From Myxococcota bacterium (GTDB lineage Bacteria > Myxococcota_A > SURF-8): a DNA stretch of 64,000 nt. Positions 38,488 through 49,858 of this stretch are shown here, in pieces. A model generated the notes under the pieces. It did not search any database and was not told where the DNA came from. It saw only the letters and a program-made list of their open reading frames with translations. The translations under genes and the position numbers were made by a program. Each line of letters opens with the position of its first letter. Within the stretch, counting starts at the first letter, position 1. The stretch spans positions 2,368,001 to 2,432,000 of the forward strand of contig OZ223209.1 of the NCBI GenBank assembly GCA_965140415.1, in the 5' to 3' direction.

Positions 38488-39333
38488 TCAGCGCGCCAGA
38501 TCGTCGAGGTTGAATTTTTTCGACAGGATGCGATCCGTTACGGAAACGGGCAGAATCTTTTTGATCAGCGGCATTTTCACGGCATTTCTCCCCATGCGGA
38601 AGATTGCGGGAGGGGAGGGTTGCAGGATTGCACTAACCGTTTTTCGCGCGAAGACATCGACCGGTGTTGCGGCATCTTGAGAAATGCTGGCGCGTTGGGC
38701 GATGTGTTGAGCCGCTTTCTTGTACAGAGAATCCTCGGTTTGGTAGCGTTCGAGGCCGCTTGCGGCGTTTTGACCGAAACTGGACTGAATCCCGCCGGGT
38801 TGGACGAGAATGACTTGAATACCAAAGGGGGCGAGTTCCAGGCGCAGCGAGTCCGTTAACTGGTGCAGTGCGGCTTTGGAGGCACAGTAAGCGCCGGAGT
38901 AGGGGGTCGCCAGAATTCCGGACACGCTACCGATATTCACGATTCGGCCCGACTTCTGCTTTGCCAAAACCGGAGTCACCGCCTGGATCATCGCCACGGC
39001 ACCGATGACGTTGGTTTCGAACTGGCGGCGCATATCGTTCAAATCGATTTCTGCAACAGGTCCCATCAGGCCGAAACCGGCATTATTGATCAGGATATCG
39101 ATTCGTCCCTGCTTTTTTACGCAGTGTTCGATTGCGGAACGGACGGAATCGGCGTCATTGACATCCAAAGCCAGGGTGTCGATGGAATCGGAAGCTAGAT
39201 CTTCGATTGACTCCGGACGACGGGCTGTCGCAAATACAAAGTGGCCGCGCGAGGCGAATTCTTCGGTCAAGGCTCGACCGATACCACTGGAACATCCCGT
39301 AATCAATACAACTTGCTTCGAATCCGCAGACAT
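38488..39333 (-). CDS. Short-chain dehydrogenase/reductase
   Basis: LITGCSSGIG, LINNAG, YCASK. Confidence 0.92.
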   Translation of the reverse strand: MSADSKQVVLITGCSSGIGRALTEEFASRGHFVFATARRPESIEDLASDSIDTLALDVNDADSVRSAIEHCVKKQGRIDILINNAGFGLMGPVAEIDLNDMRRQFETNVIGAVAMIQAVTPVLAKQKSGRIVNIGSVSGILATPYSGAYCASKAALHQLTDSLRLELAPFGIQVILVQPGGIQSSFGQNAASGLERYQTEDSLYKKAAQHIAQRASISQDAATPVDVFARKTVSAILQPSPPAIFRMGRNAVKMPLIKKILPVSVTDRILSKKFNLDDLAR

Positions 39334-39653
39334 CTTGAACTCCCTCCTGTCGCTACACCTTCAAATACTGATCATATGCTGACGCGAAGCAAGATTAACG
39401 TGGAATGCGTTGATTGAAAAGGAATATTTCGCCTGGATGATGAGTCTGGTCTGCAATTAGGTGCAAAGGTTGGTTAGCCTGGCCGGTATTTGAGAATTTA
39501 TCTGATTTCCTGTTGACGGTTTGCGCCTCTGCGCTATGATGAGAACAATTACATCAGGCTCTCGGGGTGGGAAAAGCCGATTGTTCGATGGCGTATTCGG
39601 TACGGACTTGGTAGTTCAAGTGCCGGTGATCTATATGTAAAAAGGAACGAGTG

Positions 39654-40982
39654 ATGAGTGAAAAAAACGATGAAATGATGGACTGGAAGAGCGCCTCTCG
39701 TGGTGGGTATGCCTATCCCGATTTGCGCCTGGATCAAATCGATGTCGAGGTGACGGAAGCCTTGCGCGCCGAGCGCTTGCGGCAGGAAAACAACATCGAA
39801 CTGATCGCCTCTGAAAATTATGTTTCCCAGGCGGTTATGGATGCCGTAGGGTCATTTGCTACGAATAAATACGCCGAAGGGTATCCTGGGCGGCGCTACT
39901 ACGGCGGCTGTCAACATGTGGATAAACTGGAAACCTTAGCCATCGAGCGGGCCAAGAAACTCTATGGAGCCGAGCACGTCAATGTGCAGACTCATGCCGG
40001 ATCGCAAGCCAATATGGCCATTTACATCGCAGCCATCGAGCCGGGCGATGAAGTGCTGGCCATGTCGTTGGACCATGGCGGTCACTTGACGCATGGTTTC
40101 AAGTTGAATTTCTCTGGCCGATATTTCAAAGTTCACAGCTACGGCGTCCGCAAAGACACGGAGCGCATTGACTACGACCAGGTGTATCGCCTGGCCAAGC
40201 AGAACAAACCGAAAATGATTATCGTGGGGGCTTCGGCATATCCCCGCGAAATCGATTTCGAACGATTCGGCGAAATCGCCACCGAGGTCGGCGCGTTATT
40301 GATGGCGGATATCGCACACATTGCCGGCGGTGTCGCCGCCGGGTTGCATCCATCTCCGATTCCCTATGCCAACTTTGTGACGGCTACAACCCACAAAACC
40401 TTGCGCGGTCCGCGTGGCGGTCTTATTCTGACCAAAGAGGAATGGGCCAGGCGAATCGATTCCGCCGTGTTTCCGGGCATGCAGGGCGGACCATTGATGC
40501 ACGTAATCGCCGCCAAGGCGGTTGCATTCGGAGAAGCCTTAACGCAGGGCTACAACGAATACATGGCTCAGGTACACAACAACGCCAAAGCGCTGGCCGA
40601 CGAACTGACCTTGCTTGGATATCGCTTGGTTACCGGCGGCACGGACAATCACCTGATGCTGGTGGATGTGGGTGCTAAAGGGCTGACAGGCATTGCAGCA
40701 GAGCGTGTGCTGGATCGCATCGGTATTACCGCCAACAAGAATCTGATTCCTTTCGATACGCGCAAACCGGCGGAAGCCTCCGGTATTCGCCTGGGAACTC
40801 CCGCCATGACCACTCGCGGATTGAAGCAGGTGCATATGCAGCAGATCGCACGCTGGATCGATCAGGCCTTGACCAATATGGACGACGAGCAAGTGCTGGC
40901 GCGTGTCCGTCAGGAAACCTTGGAGTTGTGCCGCTATTTTCCCATCGCACCGGGAAATCGCCTGGGTTACACAGGAATTTAA
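39654..40982 (+). CDS. glyA: Serine hydroxymethyltransferase
   Basis: [48 protein letters not shown]. Confidence 0.97.
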   Translation: MSEKNDEMMDWKSASRGGYAYPDLRLDQIDVEVTEALRAERLRQENNIELIASENYVSQAVMDAVGSFATNKYAEGYPGRRYYGGCQHVDKLETLAIERAKKLYGAEHVNVQTHAGSQANMAIYIAAIEPGDEVLAMSLDHGGHLTHGFKLNFSGRYFKVHSYGVRKDTERIDYDQVYRLAKQNKPKMIIVGASAYPREIDFERFGEIATEVGALLMADIAHIAGGVAAGLHPSPIPYANFVTATTHKTLRGPRGGLILTKEEWARRIDSAVFPGMQGGPLMHVIAAKAVAFGEALTQGYNEYMAQVHNNAKALADELTLLGYRLVTGGTDNHLMLVDVGAKGLTGIAAERVLDRIGITANKNLIPFDTRKPAEASGIRLGTPAMTTRGLKQVHMQQIARWIDQALTNMDDEQVLARVRQETLELCRYFPIAPGNRLGYTGI

Positions 40983-40995
40983 GCAAGTAAAAAGA

Positions 40996-41043
40996 ATCCC
41001 CCTGAACGACGATCTGGATTTGTCGAACAGGGGGATATTTTTA
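40996..41043. terminator. Hairpin terminator between glyA and the acyl-CoA ligase gene
   Basis: ATCCCCCTG...CAGGGGGAT flanked by A- and T-runs. Confidence 0.6.
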
Positions 41044-41069
41044 TGTGTGCTGTCTATCCTGATTCTGTA

Positions 41070-42875
41070 TCAAGTGTACATTTGTTCGATCAGATTGGAA
41101 TACTTCTCGTTCACTGCCTTGCGCTTCAATTTCATCGTTGGGGTTAGTTCGCCTGTTTCCTGTGAGAAAGAATGGTTGACCAGCCGGAATTTTTTGATTT
41201 GTTCCACTCGTGCGAATTGCTGATTGATCGCGTTGATCCGATCTTCAAACAACTTTTGCACGTCGGCATGTTCGATCAGTTCCTGCGGCTGATCGTAGCT
41301 GATGTTCTTTTCTTTGGCCCAATTCTGCAAGGCTTCAAAGTCGGGAACGATCAGGGCGGAGATGAAACGTCTGGCATCGCCGATTGCGACGGCGTTTTCG
41401 ATATAGCGATCCACAATCAATGCTTGTTCGATGTTGGCGGGAGAGATGTTCTTCCCTCCGGCAGTGATGATCAACTCCTTTTTACGGTCGGTGATCTTTA
41501 AAAAGCCATCGTTTAATTCTCCGATATCGCCGGTCTTGAACCAGCCATCTTCGGTGAACGCTTCGGCTGTCGCTTCCGGTTTGTTGTAATAGCCTTTCAT
41601 CACCTGCGGGCCTTTAATCAGGATCTCGCCATCTTCGGCGATCTTGATCTCGGTGTCCAAAACCGCTTTTCCGACGGACCCAAAGCGGAAATTCTTGAAG
41701 TCGCTGGCGGTTGCAATCGGTGTGGTTTCCGTCAGGCCGTAGCCCTCGTGAACCGTCAAACCGATGGCGTGGAAGAAACGGTTGATTTCCTCGTTTAATG
41801 GACCTCCACCGCTGACCAGGGTTTTGATTCGATCTGCTCCGAGGTTCTCCTTGATCTTCGTGAAGACCACTTTATCGGCCAGCGCATGTTGGGCTCGCAG
41901 TCCCAGAGGCATTTTTTTATTTTGCGTGATGTATTGGGCGGCTTTCGCCCCGACATCCAACGCCCATGCGAAAATTTTCTGTCTTCTCGGAGGAGCGGTC
42001 TGTAGCTTTTCCTGTATGCCGGAATAGATCTTTTCGAAAAGGCGGGGAACCGACACCACAAAATTGGGTCGGATTTCCTTCATATTATCGATTACCGTCA
42101 GCGGACTTTCCGCAAAATACATGCATCCACCCAAATAGACGACCACATACCAGTCCGCCGTCCTTTCAAGGCAGTGACTTAATGGAAGAAAACTCAGGCT
42201 GCGTTGACCGCGTTCGAACATCTCTTCGTGCGACAAATACGCCTGATAGGCATTTACCAGGAAATTGAAGTGAGTGAGAATCACGCCTTTAGGCGGTCCG
42301 GTTGTGCCGGAGGTATAAATCAGGGTGGCCATATCTTGCTGGTCGATGTTCATCAGTCGTTTGTCCAACTCGGACTGTTCGCCAAATTTCTCTCCCATGC
42401 TGAATACTTCGTCGATGTGCAGCACTTGGTCGTCGTCGTAGGCTCCACGAATGTCATCCATCGTGATGATGTAAGTCAATGAAGGAACACGCTCGCGAAC
42501 GGCCAGTACGCGCTCCAGGTGATCCTTCTCGGCCACGATAACGATTGTACTTTCCGAATCGTTCAGAATGTATTCCGATTCCGTTGCGGAGTTGGTCGGA
42601 TAAATCGGGATATCGGCGCAGCCGGCAGAGAGAATAGCGAGATCACTGACGCACCACTCCCAGCGATTCGGCGAAAAGAGCGCGATGTGGTCTTTGGGTT
42701 TCGCTCCCAGTGAAATCAGTCCAAGGGCCAGGTTTCGGACTTTGCGGTTCGCCTCTCCCCAACTCATGCTTTTCCACTGCTCGTTTTCTTTCCAGCCGAA
42801 AAGCGGTTGCTGGTGCAGTTCTTGAACGTTATTGTAAAACATTTCAGGGATGCTGCGTTCTTTGACCTCGATCAT
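41070..42875 (-). CDS. fadD: Long-chain fatty acid-CoA ligase (AMP-forming)
   Basis: IYTSGTTGPPKG, SFLPLSH, EGYGLTET, GWFKTGDIG, ITDRKKELI, LTPTMKLKR. Confidence 0.9.
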   Translation of the reverse strand: MIEVKERSIPEMFYNNVQELHQQPLFGWKENEQWKSMSWGEANRKVRNLALGLISLGAKPKDHIALFSPNRWEWCVSDLAILSAGCADIPIYPTNSATESEYILNDSESTIVIVAEKDHLERVLAVRERVPSLTYIITMDDIRGAYDDDQVLHIDEVFSMGEKFGEQSELDKRLMNIDQQDMATLIYTSGTTGPPKGVILTHFNFLVNAYQAYLSHEEMFERGQRSLSFLPLSHCLERTADWYVVVYLGGCMYFAESPLTVIDNMKEIRPNFVVSVPRLFEKIYSGIQEKLQTAPPRRQKIFAWALDVGAKAAQYITQNKKMPLGLRAQHALADKVVFTKIKENLGADRIKTLVSGGGPLNEEINRFFHAIGLTVHEGYGLTETTPIATASDFKNFRFGSVGKAVLDTEIKIAEDGEILIKGPQVMKGYYNKPEATAEAFTEDGWFKTGDIGELNDGFLKITDRKKELIITAGGKNISPANIEQALIVDRYIENAVAIGDARRFISALIVPDFEALQNWAKEKNISYDQPQELIEHADVQKLFEDRINAINQQFARVEQIKKFRLVNHSFSQETGELTPTMKLKRKAVNEKYSNLIEQMYT

Positions 42876-43018
42876 AAATGTCTCCTTCTTGGCACGCACA
42901 AGCAGAGATACGGATCACGGCGCGGTGTTCGATTTCGAGTTAGATTGTTAGTAGCAACGATAATATTATCTGTTTTATGGCAAATGTCAATTTCATAGAT
43001 GGGGGAGGCTGTTAAAAA

Positions 43019-43053
43019 GCAAAAGCCCCTTAGCTTGTTAAACCAGGGGGCTA
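43019..43053 (-). terminator. Intrinsic terminator after the FAD oxidoreductase gene
   Basis: Minus strand reads AGCCCCCT...AAGGGGCT-TTTGCTTTT. Confidence 0.55.
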
Positions 43054-43140
43054 GATGTTACGACCAGCAGCCTTTTTGCAGGATTTTCCTCCGCTTTGGA
43101 GGAAGTTAGTGAAGAAGACTTAAGGGGGGATTAAGAGGGT

Positions 43141-44478
43141 CTACTCATAGTTTTTCGGTGCGAATTTTTCGTAGAGGTTGCCGAACAAATTGTTCGGGTC
43201 CATACGCTTTTTCGCAGCTTGAATGCGGGGTTTACTGTAAATGTCCCAGAAGGTCTGCTCGTCGTAGTGATTGCGAGAAATCAAGGTTTTGACTCCTCCC
43301 AGTTCGTATACTTTCTTTTCCAGAATTTCCGAATAATCGATGCTGGGGTGGTTGTTCAATTTGCCGTATACCGCCGCATCGACGATGAATGTTTCTCCCA
43401 TTCGCTTGGCATGTTCGTCACTGACCCACGGATAGATGGCTTTCATTTTGTAGGGAACGACCCACAACGGGAAAAAGTCGAAGTCACGCTCGTACCAGTC
43501 GTAGAATTCCGGGAAGCGGCGCGATGGCAGAAAGACGTCTACCACCACTTCCGGTCGCTTTTTCATGCGCAGTACCGGTTTGACCCGGTTCGACCAGCTT
43601 ATCAGATTGGTTGAACCTAAAAGCATTTTACCCGCCACCAGACGCATGGCCTTGTTTTCCATCAAAGGCAAGGTGCGCGTGAGCCAATGACATTCCGCGT
43701 CGTAACGGAAAAAGTAATCCTTGATGGTCATGTAGTCTTCGGTCTTTTTCAGGCTGCTCTTGTAATAGATATTCAGCCAACTGTAGTCGGTATGATAGGG
43801 CGCGCTATCCACCATCGTTCCCAGGCACAGGACAAATGCATCCGGTCCATGAATGATGCCGTCCATGAACGGATAGTCGCCCGCCTCGATGCGATCGTTC
43901 ATGTCCTTCCAGAACGCTTCGAATGTGGTGTGTTTGTGATATTCCATGTGAACGTAGGGTTTGGCGGGCATCAGTTTGAACGTCAACTTGGTGATGCGCC
44001 CCAAGGTGCCGTAGGAACCGTGCAGCAGGTTGAATATTTCGGCATCCTGTTCCGGCGAGCAGGTCAGGATTTCTCCCGTTCCGGTTAGCACTTCGTATTC
44101 CAGGCAGCTATCGTGAAAACCGCCATAGCGGTAGGATTGCGACTCGATGGAGCAACCGGAAACGGCTCCGCCAACGGTGATCGTTTTCAGTTCCGGTACA
44201 ACATAAGGCATCAAGTTGTACTTTAGAGTTTCATCCTCCAGATCGCAAAAGGCCAAACCTGGTTCGGCAGTGGCCGTCATCTTTTCCGGATCGATGGCCA
44301 ACAGCCGGTTCAGCTTGGAGAAGTCGATTTTCTGCTTTCCGGAATCATTCGAATAGGGATTGGGAACGAAATGAGAAATGTTTCCCTTTTCGAAACGCAA
44401 TGCGTCTCCATTTCGCCTTTCGGCGTTGCCTTTAAGCGCTTGAACGATCTGACGAACGTTTCGGTCGTGTTCAATCAT
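43141..44478 (-). CDS. FAD-binding oxidoreductase, delta24-sterol reductase (DHCR24)-like
   Basis: VVPELKTITVGGAVSGCSIESQSYRYG, GSYGTLG, DYFFRYD, K...DPNNLF.NLYEK. Confidence 0.85.
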   Translation of the reverse strand: MIEHDRNVRQIVQALKGNAERRNGDALRFEKGNISHFVPNPYSNDSGKQKIDFSKLNRLLAIDPEKMTATAEPGLAFCDLEDETLKYNLMPYVVPELKTITVGGAVSGCSIESQSYRYGGFHDSCLEYEVLTGTGEILTCSPEQDAEIFNLLHGSYGTLGRITKLTFKLMPAKPYVHMEYHKHTTFEAFWKDMNDRIEAGDYPFMDGIIHGPDAFVLCLGTMVDSAPYHTDYSWLNIYYKSSLKKTEDYMTIKDYFFRYDAECHWLTRTLPLMENKAMRLVAGKMLLGSTNLISWSNRVKPVLRMKKRPEVVVDVFLPSRRFPEFYDWYERDFDFFPLWVVPYKMKAIYPWVSDEHAKRMGETFIVDAAVYGKLNNHPSIDYSEILEKKVYELGGVKTLISRNHYDEQTFWDIYSKPRIQAAKKRMDPNNLFGNLYEKFAPKNYE

Positions 44479-44491
44479 GGTGTACTGTCCT

Positions 44492-45379
44492 TCACTGAAG
44501 GGTGTTGAGATAGTTTTCGATATCATTCGCCATCGCGGCGCTATGCATGTACTTATTCGATTCGCAGGGGATGAGTGTGCTCCGACCAATCAACTCCGCC
44601 ATGCGATTGATGCTGTCGGTGCCGTGCAGTTTGTCGGTAGAGGCATAGGCAATGCCAACCGGACAGGAAACCTGTTCCAGTTCCGACCAGATCCGGTAGT
44701 TCATAAACGCCATGCAACTCAGCTTGATGCGTTGCGGGTGGGCTTCCAGCAATGTACGCCGATAGCGCCCAATCTGCTCCGGCTCGTTTTTGGAATCCAC
44801 CCTGAAATGTTGCAGATACCAGATGATGAAATACTTGATAATGTGGTAGCTGGCAGCGGGCATATGTGGAATCCAGCGCAGAAAGGCTGGAACATGAAAT
44901 TCGCTGTTGGGACCGATACAGAAAGCTGCCTTCAATGGCAGGTGGTTCTCCTTCAGTGCGTGCAGGATGCTTGTTGCGCCTAAAGATGAACCGCAAAGGA
45001 CGGTTCGTTCCAGATCGATCGGCAGCGCATTGCAAACCCGAGTCAGATCCTCTGCAAAGCGTTCGATGCTGAATTCCTTGGCATGCTTCTGAGGCTGGTC
45101 GTGTTGTGCGCTTTGCTTTTCGCGGGTTTCGATGTAGTACAGCGGATGCGTTTTCCCGATTTCACGAAGCAAATCCGCCCAGCCGGATTCGACGGACACC
45201 CAGCCTGGAACGAATAGAATCGGATCGACATCGTCCGTGGCTGCTTTTGGAATCCAGTTCATTACCCGCAGGTTAACGCCATTTGTGGTTGGAACGTAGA
45301 ATTCCCGGTAGTCGGCTTCTTTCAAATCGATGGGGTCGTGATGTTGATCTTGCATGTTCAGCTCCATAGCTAACGTCAC
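44492..45379 (-). CDS. Alpha/beta hydrolase
   Basis: ILFVPGW oxyanion motif, GSSLG nucleophile elbow; start codon uncertain. Confidence 0.72.
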   Translation of the reverse strand: MTLAMELNMQDQHHDPIDLKEADYREFYVPTTNGVNLRVMNWIPKAATDDVDPILFVPGWVSVESGWADLLREIGKTHPLYYIETREKQSAQHDQPQKHAKEFSIERFAEDLTRVCNALPIDLERTVLCGSSLGATSILHALKENHLPLKAAFCIGPNSEFHVPAFLRWIPHMPAASYHIIKYFIIWYLQHFRVDSKNEPEQIGRYRRTLLEAHPQRIKLSCMAFMNYRIWSELEQVSCPVGIAYASTDKLHGTDSINRMAELIGRSTLIPCESNKYMHSAAMANDIENYLNTLQ

Positions 45380-45437
45380 AAATCATTTTCTGCTGGTATC
45401 GCGTTTAGCGTTTAACGACTTTCTACTTCCTTATTCC

Positions 45438-48400
45438 TCAGCCAATGGTCTTGCTTGATGCGGCGCGACGTTGTTCCCGTTGTTGATTCTGCTCGAAGCT
45501 ATTGGCGATATTGACGATGTAGGTATCCACGATATCATTGATGTCGCCTTCTCCGTCGTAGAACATATTCGCTACGGGAACGCCGTACTCCTTCTGAATC
45601 TGCTGGAAAACACCGCTGGTAATCGATCCTGGCATACAGCCGAAGGGGGCGCAGTTGACTACGAGCGAAGCGCCATCTTTCATGTACTCGATGGCACGGC
45701 CTAGCGTGATGATGGTTTCACCTTCGAAGTCCATCGGAACAAAACGCGCTCCGGCGTTTAAGGTGCTGACAATCGACGGCTCGTGGCGTTTATCCAGCAG
45801 GGGAGAGGCCAGATCCATCCACATCTTTTCGTCCTTGGTCAAGAAGCGGTTTTTCAACAGCTTGCCCATGCGGTCCATCAAGCCGCCGGTACGATGACCT
45901 TTCGTCCAGCTTTCCATGTAGGCGGTATAGATGATCCATTCGGAGATCGGTGCCAGCCAGGCTTCGCCACCCGCTTTTTCGATACGCCGCACCACATCCT
46001 GGTTGGTGAAGCGGTTATTGCGGACGTAAATTTCGCCGATAATACCTACCAGCGGCTTTTTCTTATCGATGATCGGAATCGCTTTAAATGCATTGGCGAT
46101 TTCTTTCATCAAAGGTTTGCAGTCTGCTCGCGATTCGATGGCGGCTTCCATCCGTTCGATGCTTTTCCAATAAAGCTCTTCGGTTTCTCCTGCGTTCACT
46201 TCATAAGGCGTTACGCGACAGCGAAGTTTGAACAGCACGTCTCCGAGTACGATACCGGTCCACAGCCAGCGCCGGGTTTCATCGTCGGTGCCGTCGTAAC
46301 TGTCCGTGCTGGTCCAGCTTACGATGGGAACGTGATTCCAGCCCATTCGGTTCATCGAGATGCGATCCAGGGTGCAATATTGACCGAAACGGCACGGACC
46401 TTCGGCGGTCGGCATGAACAGAGCGTGTTCGTTGGTATTGCCGCCATGCTTTTCTATGGTAGAGAAGAAGGTGCCAAGCGTAGCGGGGCAGGGGACACAC
46501 TCTCCTCCACGAGTTGCAGCGCGTCCGAGTTGGAAGGCATAGTCGTCTTCCGGCGGCAAGGGACGGGCATTGACTCCTGCGCCTCGCAATGCGGCGGCCA
46601 TGAAAATCGGTTGACCTTCACCCATCGGCGGCACCCACAGGGTGCGTGTTTTCAATGCAGCGGAATCAATCGGAGGTTTCGTGAACGTAAATCGCTTTGC
46701 AGTGTGAATTTCGTTTACTTTAAGCACGTCCGTAAAGGCTTCCAGCCGGGTTAAATAGCCCGCGTCTGCGCCGTGTTCGTCCAGTTCAAGCATCAGCATG
46801 GGTTTTTCGCCCATGACTTCTTCCGCATAGGTTTGAAGGAATGAGTCCGGTCCGCAACTGAAGTTACTGAAATATACGGCGTACAGGTTCGGTTGACGCG
46901 CGACGTAGCGTACCGCTTCCATGATTTTCCGTCCGTAATTCCAGTACATGTTCTGAAATTCCTCGCCGAGATCCTCTTCCGCGATGGGTAGGTATTCCAG
47001 CGGAACAACCGGCAAACCCAGCCGCGCGATTTTCTCCGGCAGAGCCAGGTTCGCTCCCGGATCGAAAACGTTGTACGGGCGTCCCAGGATGACAATGGCG
47101 GGCGTATCGCTCTGGGCGACTTCCTGTAACGCCTTTTGTCCTGCAATTCGCACGGATTCCTCGAAATGTTGCTGTGTTTTCCAGGCTTCGCGCCAGGCTT
47201 TTGAAATGCTGCGCTTGTTCGCTTTCAAGCATTTACCCAGATCTTCGTGCAGCCGCTCGATGGTCGTTTTCTCATTCCAGCGGAGATCCAGGGTGGCCGA
47301 AATCAAACGTTCGCCATCGACGCCGTTTAAGTGCATGGCCGAACGCAGCATGGCCGGCAACGAGATGTTATACGGGCAGAAATAGGATTCCGTCGTTTTT
47401 CCGCTTTTATCGCCAGCCGACACCATGTAAGGCGCGAAAACACGCTCGACGCTGTTTTCCAGCAACAGGCGGGTGTGACCGTGCGCCAGTTTGACCGGAT
47501 GGCAATAGTCTGCACCCACCCAGTCGGAGGAGAGCCGGGTGGTTTCATCGTCGGTGGGACCGGATAGCGTCAGGCGATAGCCCAGTTCTGCGAAGAAGCG
47601 CCGCCAAAGCGGGTAGTAAGAGTGCGCCAGCAATGCGCGCGGATAGCCGATGACCGGTGCGTCTTTCGGCAGTTTCTTTTCCGCGCCGCTGGACTTCCAA
47701 AGCCGTTCCCGTTCTTTGAAAAAGCGGAACTCGCGGTTTCGCTTGACGCCGTCGTCTTCCGGGTCGCGTCCGCATAAATATCCCCAACTTGGGCGCTGGT
47801 CCAGGCCATCCACTTCGGCAAAGGTGATATGGCAGTGATTCGCACAGAGTTCGCAGTCCTCGGTGGAGAGGCGTACTTCCTTGTCGGCGAAATCCACTCC
47901 CACAAAGCGGGTTGTCTCCTTTGCGGCTTCCATCTGACGCTTGGTCAGCAGTGCGACGCCCCAACTGCCCATAACGTGACAGTAAGGCGATACCACGACT
48001 TCGACTCCCAGCAGATTTTCGAATGCCGCGACCAATCCTTTGTTGCGTGCCGTCGCGCCCTGGAAAAAGACTTTGGTTTTGTTGTAATAGCGATTGCCCA
48101 CCACCTTGTTCAGGTAGTTTTGCACAACGGAATAGAGCACCGCGCCCATGACTTCACGTGGAGTGAAACCCTTGCGCAACAGGCTGCGGGCGTCCTGGTC
48201 CATAAACACGGTGCAGCGGTCACTGGTGATGGGGGGGACGACGCCCAGCACTTCGTCACCCAGTGTGAACAGATCGAAACCCATTTTCCGCGACAGTTCT
48301 TCCACGAACGAGCCGGTTCCTGCTGCACAGACGTAGTTCATGTTCGCGTTATGCAGATTTCCATTGACGGTGTGCACGTATTTGGCGTCCTGACCGCCGA

Positions 48401-49673
48401 TTTCGAAAATGGTGTCGATGCTCGGATCGACTTTCATCGCGCCGGTGACGTGAGCCGTGATTTCGTTATGAACGCGATCCGCCTGAATCACGGCGCCGAC
48501 AAGTTTCCGTCCCGAACCGGTTGTGCCGACGCCAAGAATTTCAACCTGCCCACCGCGTCTGGCGGCCAACTGGCGCAGGGCGCGGAACAGCGCTTTGGTT
48601 GCGCCGATCGGATCGCCTCCGGTTTTGCGATAGATGTCCAGCAGAACCTCTTCCTGCTCGTCGATCAGCATCAGTTTGGTGGATGTGGACCCGATGTCGA
48701 TTCCCAGATATCCGGTCAGACGACCATCTTCCGGCCAGCGGCTGACACGGATTTCGTTCTTTTCCTCATCGATGACGAATTCTTCGACATCGAAAGACGG
48801 ATACTGGCTGCGTACCAATTCCAATGGTTTGCGTACGCTCTCGCGGGTCTGTTCGTCCTCTTCATCCAAGAGCCGATTCCACGACACCGATCCCGATACC
48901 GGTTCCGCAAGCAGAGCCGCGCCGGTGGAGCCTGCTTCCTGGGGAGCTTCCAGTTTTTCCAGACCGCCAGGTAACTCCTTTGCAAGCCAGCGCATGACGT
49001 CGCGATTACGGGCGACACCGCCCACGGCCACCGTTTTGCCCTGCGGGCGACGACCTTTGAATAGCGTCATCAAGATGGTGCGTGTCAGGCCTTTACATAG
49101 TCCGGCCCACATCTCCGGCTTGCCGAAACCTTCCTGCTGACGGTGAATCAAATCGCTTTTGGCAAAAACCGCGCAGCGGGCGGCAACAGAGGGGGGAGCC
49201 TCGATTACGGGCATCGCAGCAATATCATCGTATTCGATCCCCAAACGGGCGGCCTGCTCGTCCAGAAAAGAACCGGTGCCTGCTGCACAGACGGTATTGG
49301 TCTGATAGCCGGTGAATTCACCTTGTGCGTTCAGTTCCACCAAGGACAAAGAACCGCCACCAATATCGATGATCTGACGGACATTGGGGTGTTCACGGCG
49401 CACACCTTCAACAATCGCGGCAACTTCGTTACCGGCAGACAAACCCAATTTCTCTGCAATCGGTTTCGAATGCAGCCCGACAAGGCCCACGGCTTGAATC
49501 GTTTCCGGCAAGGAGAGCTCGGAAAGCAACTGGTGTAGAACCTTGTAAACGTCGCCTTTATGCGGACGGCTTGCTCGTTGAACGATTTTTCCATTCTTGT
49601 CGAGCAACGTCACTTTGACAAACAGTGCACCGACATCCAAACCGACTTGGGTTATTGTCTGTTGATCGCTCAT
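45438..49673 (-). CDS. Fused double CoA-enzyme activase (ASKHA) + DUF2229/2-hydroxyacyl-CoA dehydratase-like protein
   Basis: Two activase modules (IDIGGGS..CAAGTGSFL; GIDIGSTSTK..EIGGQDAK..CAAGTGSF) followed by Cys motifs YCHPVK, FCPY, FSCGPDS, ECVP, GPCRFGQY, PFGCMP. Confidence 0.88.
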   Translation of the reverse strand: MSDQQTITQVGLDVGALFVKVTLLDKNGKIVQRASRPHKGDVYKVLHQLLSELSLPETIQAVGLVGLHSKPIAEKLGLSAGNEVAAIVEGVRREHPNVRQIIDIGGGSLSLVELNAQGEFTGYQTNTVCAAGTGSFLDEQAARLGIEYDDIAAMPVIEAPPSVAARCAVFAKSDLIHRQQEGFGKPEMWAGLCKGLTRTILMTLFKGRRPQGKTVAVGGVARNRDVMRWLAKELPGGLEKLEAPQEAGSTGAALLAEPVSGSVSWNRLLDEEDEQTRESVRKPLELVRSQYPSFDVEEFVIDEEKNEIRVSRWPEDGRLTGYLGIDIGSTSTKLMLIDEQEEVLLDIYRKTGGDPIGATKALFRALRQLAARRGGQVEILGVGTTGSGRKLVGAVIQADRVHNEITAHVTGAMKVDPSIDTIFEIGGQDAKYVHTVNGNLHNANMNYVCAAGTGSFVEELSRKMGFDLFTLGDEVLGVVPPITSDRCTVFMDQDARSLLRKGFTPREVMGAVLYSVVQNYLNKVVGNRYYNKTKVFFQGATARNKGLVAAFENLLGVEVVVSPYCHVMGSWGVALLTKRQMEAAKETTRFVGVDFADKEVRLSTEDCELCANHCHITFAEVDGLDQRPSWGYLCGRDPEDDGVKRNREFRFFKERERLWKSSGAEKKLPKDAPVIGYPRALLAHSYYPLWRRFFAELGYRLTLSGPTDDETTRLSSDWVGADYCHPVKLAHGHTRLLLENSVERVFAPYMVSAGDKSGKTTESYFCPYNISLPAMLRSAMHLNGVDGERLISATLDLRWNEKTTIERLHEDLGKCLKANKRSISKAWREAWKTQQHFEESVRIAGQKALQEVAQSDTPAIVILGRPYNVFDPGANLALPEKIARLGLPVVPLEYLPIAEEDLGEEFQNMYWNYGRKIMEAVRYVARQPNLYAVYFSNFSCGPDSFLQTYAEEVMGEKPMLMLELDEHGADAGYLTRLEAFTDVLKVNEIHTAKRFTFTKPPIDSAALKTRTLWVPPMGEGQPIFMAAALRGAGVNARPLPPEDDYAFQLGRAATRGGECVPCPATLGTFFSTIEKHGGNTNEHALFMPTAEGPCRFGQYCTLDRISMNRMGWNHVPIVSWTSTDSYDGTDDETRRWLWTGIVLGDVLFKLRCRVTPYEVNAGETEELYWKSIERMEAAIESRADCKPLMKEIANAFKAIPIIDKKKPLVGIIGEIYVRNNRFTNQDVVRRIEKAGGEAWLAPISEWIIYTAYMESWTKGHRTGGLMDRMGKLLKNRFLTKDEKMWMDLASPLLDKRHEPSIVSTLNAGARFVPMDFEGETIITLGRAIEYMKDGASLVVNCAPFGCMPGSITSGVFQQIQKEYGVPVANMFYDGEGDINDIVDTYIVNIANSFEQNQQREQRRAASSKTIG

Positions 49674-49740
49674 TATTGCCTTCCTTTCGATTGCCTGCTG
49701 CCGGTTCTGTTTCACAGTGGAAGATTCCGGCAGGGAACTT

Positions 49741-49773
49741 AACTAATCAGTTAGTTAGTCTAACTGGTTAGTT
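49741..49773. promoter_or_regulatory. Tandem palindromic operators AACTAA-N4-TTAGTT
   Basis: AACTAATCAGTTAGTT at 49741-49756 and GTCTAACTGGTTAGTT at 49758-49773; same motif upstream of tetR. Confidence 0.75.
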
Positions 49774-49858
49774 AATCGTAGTGATTGTTTTTTTACGCTC
49801 TAGCATTTCTATAAAGTTGTCATCGTAACTTAATGTGTAAAACGGAACTTTCGAACAA

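Noticed and set aside
39540-39740. ZMP/ZTP or glycine riboswitch near the glyA start
   Set aside because: Only fragments (GACTGG, CGCCTGG) without the required pairing or spacing, and partly within the coding region; an Rfam scan would settle it
43006-43073. AGGCTG...CAGCCT-bounded segment as a MITE
   Set aside because: Only short imperfect ends and a single copy; the inner hairpin is adequately explained as a terminator
45783-48974. Long plus-strand ORFs (323 aa and 381 aa), and similar ones at 16377-17519, 3051-3938 and 17822-18736
   Set aside because: Antisense shadows of well-supported genes, expected from codon bias
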